Shown piece by piece: positions 58,124 through 64,000 of a DNA stretch of 64,000 nucleotides. The position numbers were made by a program, and so were the translations under genes. A model generated the notes under the pieces. The model searched no databases and was not told the DNA's origin. It was given only the letters and a program-made list of their open reading frames with translations. The stretch is from Geopsychrobacteraceae bacterium (lineage in GTDB: Bacteria > Desulfobacterota > Desulfuromonadia > Desulfuromonadales > Geopsychrobacteraceae), in contig OY759353.1 of the NCBI GenBank assembly GCA_963662315.1, positions 2,720,001 to 2,784,000 on the forward strand. The letters are read 5' to 3'. Each line of letters begins with the position of its first letter. Within the stretch, counting starts at the first letter, position 1.

Positions 58124-58318
58124 GTTCTATTTAATCAAAATTGCGCAGCAATTTTTCCAGTTCTGGCCATCAGGCGTGCTTTGAGCCGTCAGGCCGGCCA
58201 GTCGCTTGCTGGTGGTTTTCTGAAACATAACGACGCTCGAGTGCGGACCTATTAAAAGTTTATTGCTCTGGATAAAAAGTCATTCGCCTGCAGGGGCAAG
58301 ACCCTGCGCAGTTGTTTT
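58124..58318 (+). repeat. Structured interspersed repeat, full A+B copy
   Basis: Module A matches 32633-32766 (reverse complement); module B matches 29122-29188. Confidence 0.8.
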
Positions 58319-58340
58319 TAATTATTTCCTCGCTCACTTC

Positions 58341-58369
58341 TTGCATTCTCCCCCAATCCTTTCTAACAT
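58341..58369 (+). promoter_or_regulatory. sigma70-type promoter of the TolC operon
   Basis: TTGCAT-N17-TAACAT. Confidence 0.45.
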
Positions 58370-58431
58370 TATGAGGACAGCATAATTTTTTGTTATTACA
58401 GAACTTTTCCCGTCGAGTAATTGATTCGAAT

Positions 58432-60291
58432 ATGCTTTTCTGGCCACGCAGACAACCGAGTAATTTTAGCCGTATGGCAATTGTCAGCAGTCTGCTACTG
58501 CTTACAATGGTCGGCTGTACGCCACGTCATTATCGTGAGCAAACCGACAGCCGAGTAGCGGCCATTATTGCCGCCAAGCAGCGCGAAGGGCTTGGACAAG
58601 AGCAGCCTTTCACTATTTCAGCCGTAGAAATGCAGCTCCGCCGCAAATTGTTGCAGGATCAGCAGCTGCCCATTTCCGGCCCCGCCTCCCTTGGCAGCGA
58701 TCATCTCGAAACACCTCCCCACTGGCCGGAACCAGTCAGTGCTGCTCCTGCAGCACCAGATTCCCACCACCAACCCCTGACACTGAACCTGGTTACGGCC
58801 CTAAAAGTCGCTGCCCGCAACAGCCGCGACTATCAAAGTGCCAAAGAAGTCCTGTTCCGCAGCGCCCTGGCTCTCGATTATCAGCATAACGCGTTCAGCA
58901 CCCTGGCCAACGGCCAGCTGGAAGGGCAATACCTGCAGAACCGCAGTGGTCAGACCGTCGAAGGAACGAAAGGATCAATCACAGGGGGGCTGACCCGTCT
59001 GTTGAAATCAGGAATCAGCCTGACCACCCAGCTTGGCTGGGATCTGGTGCGCATGCTGCAACCCGGTAGCGATATCTCCAGTGGCCTTTATGGTGATGCC
59101 TCCATCACCATCCCGTTACTGCGTGGTGCTGGCCGACATATCGCCGCCGAACCACTGACCCAGGCAGAACGTGACACCCTTTATGCGGTGTGGACCTTTG
59201 AGCGTTATAAACAGGAATTCGCTGTTACCATTGTTGCCAATTACCTGGGAGTGCTGCAGGCTGAAGACCTGCTCTACAATCAGGAACAGAACTACAAAGG
59301 ACTGGTCATCTCCACCCGTCGTGCCAGTCGCCTGGCAGAAGCTGGCAAGCTCCCCCAAATCCAGGTTGACCAGGCCCTGCAGAATGAGCTACGAGCCCGC
59401 GAACGCTGGATCTCAGCGCGACTCAATCTGGAGTCTGCCAATGATCAGTTTAAACTGCTCCTCGGGCTACCCACCGATGCCACGATTCAGCTTGACCGGC
59501 GTGAAATGAACGCCCTTGAAAGCGATCTGCGCCAGCGCCTTAAGTTGCTGTTCCATCCCTTCCCCGCCGAACAGGTCGCTGCTGCTGACAGTCCGGTCCA
59601 GTTACTCGAACCGGACCCGAGCCTGGCAGGCCCACTGGAACTCGACTATCCGACCGCCAGCAACATTGCATTAGAGCAACGCCTCGATCTTAGAATTGTT
59701 AATGAGCAGGTCAACGACGCTCAGCGTCAGGTCATTATCAGTGCCGATGCCCTGCGCGCGGAACTGACCCTGCTTGGCTCCGCAGCAACCGGCACCGGCC
59801 GCACGGTTGCCGCCCTGCAACCTGACAACAGCAACCGGCTCAAATTTGATCAAGGCACCTACCAGGCATTACTGACCCTTGATCTGCCTTTTGAAAGAAC
59901 CGCCGAAGCAATTGCCTACCGGGACAGCTACATCTCCCTGGAGCAAGCGGTCAGGTCGGTCCAGAAGCTGGAAGATCAGATCAAGCTCGAAGTCCGTGAA
60001 AACCTGCGTCAGTTGCAGCAGACCCGCAGCAGTTTGCGGATTCAGGACCAGGCCGTCAAACTCGCCGAACGCCGGGTCCGTGGCGCTGAGCTGCAGCTGC
60101 AGGCCGGACGCGCCGAAATGCGCGATCTGCTTGATGCTCAGGAAGCCCTGCTCAGTGCGAAAAATTCCCTGACCTCGGCCATGGTCAACTACCGTCTGGC
60201 TGAATTGTCCCTGCAGCGTGACCTTGGCGTGTTAAACATTGACAACGACGGGCTGTGGCAGGAATACACCCCGGAAAAGGCAAATTCATGA
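58432..60291 (+). CDS. TolC-family outer-membrane lipoprotein
   Basis: Lipobox MVG-C; TIPLLRGAG; DLLDAQEALL; start uncertain (58432 or 58474). Confidence 0.85.
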   Translation: MLFWPRRQPSNFSRMAIVSSLLLLTMVGCTPRHYREQTDSRVAAIIAAKQREGLGQEQPFTISAVEMQLRRKLLQDQQLPISGPASLGSDHLETPPHWPEPVSAAPAAPDSHHQPLTLNLVTALKVAARNSRDYQSAKEVLFRSALALDYQHNAFSTLANGQLEGQYLQNRSGQTVEGTKGSITGGLTRLLKSGISLTTQLGWDLVRMLQPGSDISSGLYGDASITIPLLRGAGRHIAAEPLTQAERDTLYAVWTFERYKQEFAVTIVANYLGVLQAEDLLYNQEQNYKGLVISTRRASRLAEAGKLPQIQVDQALQNELRARERWISARLNLESANDQFKLLLGLPTDATIQLDRREMNALESDLRQRLKLLFHPFPAEQVAAADSPVQLLEPDPSLAGPLELDYPTASNIALEQRLDLRIVNEQVNDAQRQVIISADALRAELTLLGSAATGTGRTVAALQPDNSNRLKFDQGTYQALLTLDLPFERTAEAIAYRDSYISLEQAVRSVQKLEDQIKLEVRENLRQLQQTRSSLRIQDQAVKLAERRVRGAELQLQAGRAEMRDLLDAQEALLSAKNSLTSAMVNYRLAELSLQRDLGVLNIDNDGLWQEYTPEKANS

Positions 60292-61901
60292 CAAGCCTCC
60301 AGCAACCCAAAACAGCCAGCCCCTGGCTTAAGTATACAGTTGTCGCCACCCTTGCGATTGGTGCCATGATTCTTGGCCTGTTGTTGTTCAATCCCACCGG
60401 CCAACAAGGCGACACAGGCCTGAAACAGCCAACCTTTACCGTCACCCCCGGTCCTCTGACCATCAGCGTCGTTGAAGCGGGTACCGTCCGCCCGCGTGAG
60501 CAGATCATTCTGAAGAGTGAAGTGGAAGGCTCGGCGGTTATCCTGTTTTTGGTTGATGAAGGGACGCAGGTCAAAAAAGGGGATCTGCTGGTTGAGCTGG
60601 ATGCCAGCAATCTGATCGACCAGCGGGTCAGCCAGCAGATTCAGGTCATAAACGCTGAAGCGGCTCATGTTAATGCCAGTGAAAACCTGGCCGTGGTCAA
60701 GAGTCAGGCCCAGGCCGACGTTGACCAGGCTGACCTCGATCTGCGTTTTGCCCGTCAGGACCTGGTTCAGTATCGCGAAGGGGAATACCCTAAACTGCGT
60801 AAGGAAGCGGAGGTCGCCATCACCTTGGCTGAGGAGACCCTGACCAACGCCAGCAGCACCTATGAGTGGTCACAGAAACTGTTTGCTGAAAAATATATCT
60901 CCGAGGCCGAGCTGAAACAGGACGAGTTAAGCCGTCAAAAAGCGCAGATCGACCTGGAACTGGCGAAAGATGAACTGGCGTTGCTGACCAATTTTACCTA
61001 CACACGTAAAATGGCTGAACTCCAGAGCGCCGCCAGCCAGGCCGAAATGGCCCTCGAACGGATCCGGCGTAAGAGCGCTGCCGATGTGGTCCAGGCCGAA
61101 GCCAAACTCAAAGCCAGTGAAGCTGAATTGAAACAGCAGCAAAACCAGTTCAACCGCATCGAGCACCAGATCAGTAAAACCAAGATTTATGCGCCCATGG
61201 ATGGCACGGTGATCTATGCCACCAGCACCCGTTTGAGCTGGCGCAGCAATTCCGAACCTCTCGATGAAGGGCAAGCGGTGCGCGAACGTCAGGAACTGAT
61301 CTACCTGCCGACGACAGCGTCCTATAATGCCGAGATCAAGGTTCACGAATCGAGCCTGGAAAAAATCCACACCGGCCTGCCGGTCCAGATCAGTATCGAT
61401 GCTCTTCCCGGACGCTCATTCACAGGGAAAGTCACCAGCATCGCTCCGTTACCCGATGCGACCAGCATGTTCATGAACCCGGACCTGAAGGTTTACAACA
61501 CCATGATCGAAATCGACGGTAGTGGTGCTGAACTGCGTAACGGCATGAGCTGCCAGGCGGAAATTGTCATTGAGCGTTTTGCCGAGACCCTTTTCGTGCC
61601 ATTACAGTCGGTCCTGCGGATTGGCGGACAACCGACCATCTACGTTGCCGGAGACAACAGTTTTGAGCCCCGGACCGTCACCACCGGACTCGATAACAAC
61701 CGGATGATCCAGATTACTGGCGGCCTGAGGGCTGGCGACAACGTCTTGCTGACCCCACCGCTGGCTGCCGCTGAAAAATCTGATCATAGGGCATCAAAGG
61801 CAAATCCGGATAAGACAGGAGCAGGATCTGAGGGGATGTCCCCAGAAGGGAAAAAACGGCCAGCCAACGGGCCAAAGCCTCAGCGTGAGCCTCTAAAATG
61901 A
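60288..61901 (+). CDS. HlyD/MacA-type periplasmic adaptor with long coiled coil
   Basis: VDEGTQVKKGDLL, IYAPMDGTV, LRNGMS. Confidence 0.88.
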   Translation: MTSLQQPKTASPWLKYTVVATLAIGAMILGLLLFNPTGQQGDTGLKQPTFTVTPGPLTISVVEAGTVRPREQIILKSEVEGSAVILFLVDEGTQVKKGDLLVELDASNLIDQRVSQQIQVINAEAAHVNASENLAVVKSQAQADVDQADLDLRFARQDLVQYREGEYPKLRKEAEVAITLAEETLTNASSTYEWSQKLFAEKYISEAELKQDELSRQKAQIDLELAKDELALLTNFTYTRKMAELQSAASQAEMALERIRRKSAADVVQAEAKLKASEAELKQQQNQFNRIEHQISKTKIYAPMDGTVIYATSTRLSWRSNSEPLDEGQAVRERQELIYLPTTASYNAEIKVHESSLEKIHTGLPVQISIDALPGRSFTGKVTSIAPLPDATSMFMNPDLKVYNTMIEIDGSGAELRNGMSCQAEIVIERFAETLFVPLQSVLRIGGQPTIYVAGDNSFEPRTVTTGLDNNRMIQITGGLRAGDNVLLTPPLAAAEKSDHRASKANPDKTGAGSEGMSPEGKKRPANGPKPQREPLK

Positions 61902-62608
61902 TGCAGGACAAACACCTTACGGATAACGGCTTCACCGCCGAGGCGGTACTGGAAAATATTTCCCGCATTTACACCATGGGCGGCAATGAAGTGCGCGCGC
62001 TTGACGGTATTAATATCGCCTTCGGTAAGGGCTCATTCTGGGCGATTCTCGGTTCCAGCGGCTCGGGGAAAAGTACCCTGCTCAACCTGCTCGGCTGCCT
62101 TGACCGCCCCACCAGTGGCCGTTACCTGCTGCGTGGCGAGGATGTCAGTGCGTTAAACGACGATCAGCTCAGTAACATCCGCCTGCGCTCCATCGGTTTT
62201 GTTTTTCAGAGTTTCAACCTGCTCCCGCAGTCTACCGTTGCCGAGAATATCGCCCTGCCCCTCTACTATCAGGGCTGGCCACCGGAGCAGAGTCTGCAGC
62301 GTGCTCAACAACTGGCCGCGCGGGTTGGCCTGGAGCACCGGCTGCAGCACCGCCCCATGGAGCTGTCCGGCGGTCAGCAGCAGCGGGTCGCCATAGCCCG
62401 GGCCCTGGCAAACGACCCCGCTATTCTGCTCGCCGATGAACCGACCGGTAACCTCGATTCCCATTCCGGGCAGGAGATCATGACGCTGCTCAGCGAGCTG
62501 AACCAGCAGGGAAAAACCATCATTATGGTCACGCATGAAAGCGATATTGCAGCTTATGCAAGGCGCCATCTGCATATGAGAGACGGTCGCATTGAGAAGA
62601 TTGTCTAG
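61898..62608 (+). CDS. MacB/LolD-type ABC ATPase
   Basis: GSSGSGKST, LSGGQQQRVAIAR, ADEPTGNLD. Confidence 0.94.
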   Translation: MMQDKHLTDNGFTAEAVLENISRIYTMGGNEVRALDGINIAFGKGSFWAILGSSGSGKSTLLNLLGCLDRPTSGRYLLRGEDVSALNDDQLSNIRLRSIGFVFQSFNLLPQSTVAENIALPLYYQGWPPEQSLQRAQQLAARVGLEHRLQHRPMELSGGQQQRVAIARALANDPAILLADEPTGNLDSHSGQEIMTLLSELNQQGKTIIMVTHESDIAAYARRHLHMRDGRIEKIV

Positions 62609-62617
62609 GTTTCGGAT

Positions 62618-63889
62618 ATGTTGAATCAAGGACACTACATCCGTGAAATTCGACTGGGCATCAAAAACCTGCTGCAGCACAAGCTGCGCTCGGCCCTGAC
62701 CATGCTGGGCATGGTGTTCGGCGTCGGCAGTGTCATCGCCATGCTGGCTGTCGGTGAGGGCGCCAGCCAGGAAGCCCTGGAACAGATCCGCCGCCTCGGC
62801 AGCAATAATATTATTATCTCCAGTCACAAACCGGTTGAAGAACAGAGCCAGGTCACGACGCGCTCCTTCATCAATATTTACGGTCTGCTTTACGAGGATG
62901 ACCTGCGTATTGCCGAAAGCTTCCCCCATGTGGTACGCACCGTTCCGGTCAAAATCAACCGCCAGGTCAGTCGCCTTGCCGACCAGGCCATGGACATGCG
63001 TGTGCTCGGCACGACACCCCAGTGGTTCTCGCTGGTCAAACGCCCGGTGATTGCCGGCCGAACCTTGAGCAGCAGCGATCTTGACCATCACGCCAGCACC
63101 GTTGTTCTGACTGAATACGGCAGTCGCCGCCTGCTGGTTAACAGCAGCACCATCGGGCAACAGATCCGGATCGGCAGTGATTATTTCGAGGTTGTCGGCA
63201 TCGTCAAAAGTGACAGTGGCCAGGGTACCGGCGTCCAGGTGCCGGACCAGCAGATTGATGCCTATATTCCCATCAATGTTATGCGTAACCGCTTTGGCGA
63301 CATGGTCACCCAGAGCACGGCCGGCAGCCGCAGTCGTGAGCTGATCGAACTGCACCAGATTATTGTTGAGGTTGATGATATCAACAATGTCGAAGCAACA
63401 GCCGCCGCGATCACCGCCATGCTGAAACGCTTTCACAAAAAAGAGGATTATAGCGTCGCAGTGCCGCTGGCATTGCTGCAGCAGGCTGAAGCGACCAAGC
63501 GGACTTTCAATATCGTCCTTGGTTCAATTGCCGGTATCAGTCTGCTGGTCGGTGGCATCGGCATCATGAACATCATGCTGGCTGCCGTCACCGAGCGCAC
63601 CCGCGAGATCGGCATCCGCCGCGCCATCGGCGCCAAGCGTAGTCAGATCATCAAACAGTTCCTGATCGAAACCGTCGTGCTTTCAACCACCGGCGGCCTT
63701 ACCGGTATTGCCGTCGGTCTGTTGATCCCCTGGCTGATTACCTTGCTGGCCGGCATGCCGACCATGGTGACCCCAATCAGCCTGTTGCTGTCCCTTGGCA
63801 TCAGCATGGTTATCGGCATTGTTTTCGGCCTTTACCCGGCGGTCAGAGCCGCTCGTCTCGATCCGATTGAAGCCTTGCGTCATGAGTAA
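62618..63889 (+). CDS. MacB/FtsX-type ABC permease
   Basis: [42 protein letters not shown]. Confidence 0.94.
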   Translation: MLNQGHYIREIRLGIKNLLQHKLRSALTMLGMVFGVGSVIAMLAVGEGASQEALEQIRRLGSNNIIISSHKPVEEQSQVTTRSFINIYGLLYEDDLRIAESFPHVVRTVPVKINRQVSRLADQAMDMRVLGTTPQWFSLVKRPVIAGRTLSSSDLDHHASTVVLTEYGSRRLLVNSSTIGQQIRIGSDYFEVVGIVKSDSGQGTGVQVPDQQIDAYIPINVMRNRFGDMVTQSTAGSRSRELIELHQIIVEVDDINNVEATAAAITAMLKRFHKKEDYSVAVPLALLQQAEATKRTFNIVLGSIAGISLLVGGIGIMNIMLAAVTERTREIGIRRAIGAKRSQIIKQFLIETVVLSTTGGLTGIAVGLLIPWLITLLAGMPTMVTPISLLLSLGISMVIGIVFGLYPAVRAARLDPIEALRHE

Positions 63890-64000
63890 AAACCTCCCTG
63901 AACAAAGGATTTAGGCGGGCATTGTGCAGGGGGCTTACAACATAATTATTTGACAGAGAGGGGCTTGCTGATTTATATAGGAGGACTGTTATAACGGGTG

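Noticed and set aside
58127..58228. 33-codon ORF on the minus strand of the repeat (MFQKTTSKRL...)
   Set aside because: The second copy has an early stop and a frameshift, so coding is not conserved.
62153..63436. 427-aa antisense ORF (also 9989-10714, 12718-13515, 56971-57672)
   Set aside because: Shadow frames opposite well-supported genes, with no independent motifs.
1..64000. CRISPR arrays, tRNA/rRNA genes, known riboswitches (GEMM-I, Moco, NiCo, cobalamin), prophage or defence genes
   Set aside because: No regularly spaced repeats and no recognisable consensus seen by eye; a covariance-model scan was not possible.

Overview
Chromosomal segment of a metal-reducing Desulfuromonadales-type bacterium, inferred from the gene content. 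From left to right: (1) the 5' end of a sigma54-driven Hmc/Cbc-like cytochrome c/Fe-S operon with a heme-motif two-component system; (2) UbiD-family and cysteine synthase genes plus small housekeeping genes; (3) adjacent imcH and cbcL inner-membrane cytochromes; (4) the Fo half of a split atp operon and hemL; (5) a FadL / two metallo-beta-lactamase-fold hydrolases / ferredoxin / MFS cluster; (6) an octaheme HAO-family cytochrome with its own heme-motif sigma54 two-component system; (7) an ABC-2 exporter; (8) a complete IS256 next to an AT-rich lipoprotein gene; (9) nikR; (10) a Gld-like ABC + DUF4340 + MoxR/VWA/BatD gene run; (11) a lytic transglycosylase and a tandemly duplicated alkaline phosphatase; (12) tetR, mobA, moeA; (13) a group 3b [NiFe] hydrogenase operon; (14) a TolC/MFP/MacB-type exporter. 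The most interesting unannotated signals are a structured interspersed repeat (full copy about 195 bp at 58.1-58.3 kb) whose split copy brackets the AT-rich lipoprotein gene as apparent cargo, a candidate RPPP ribosome-arrest leader ORF before the Gld/Bat gene run, and a 52-aa HmcD-like ORF behind a sigma54 promoter and attenuator-like leader. All calls are from reading the sequence by eye; no searches were run. Several start codons were moved downstream of the ORF-track starts using RBS and signal-peptide context.
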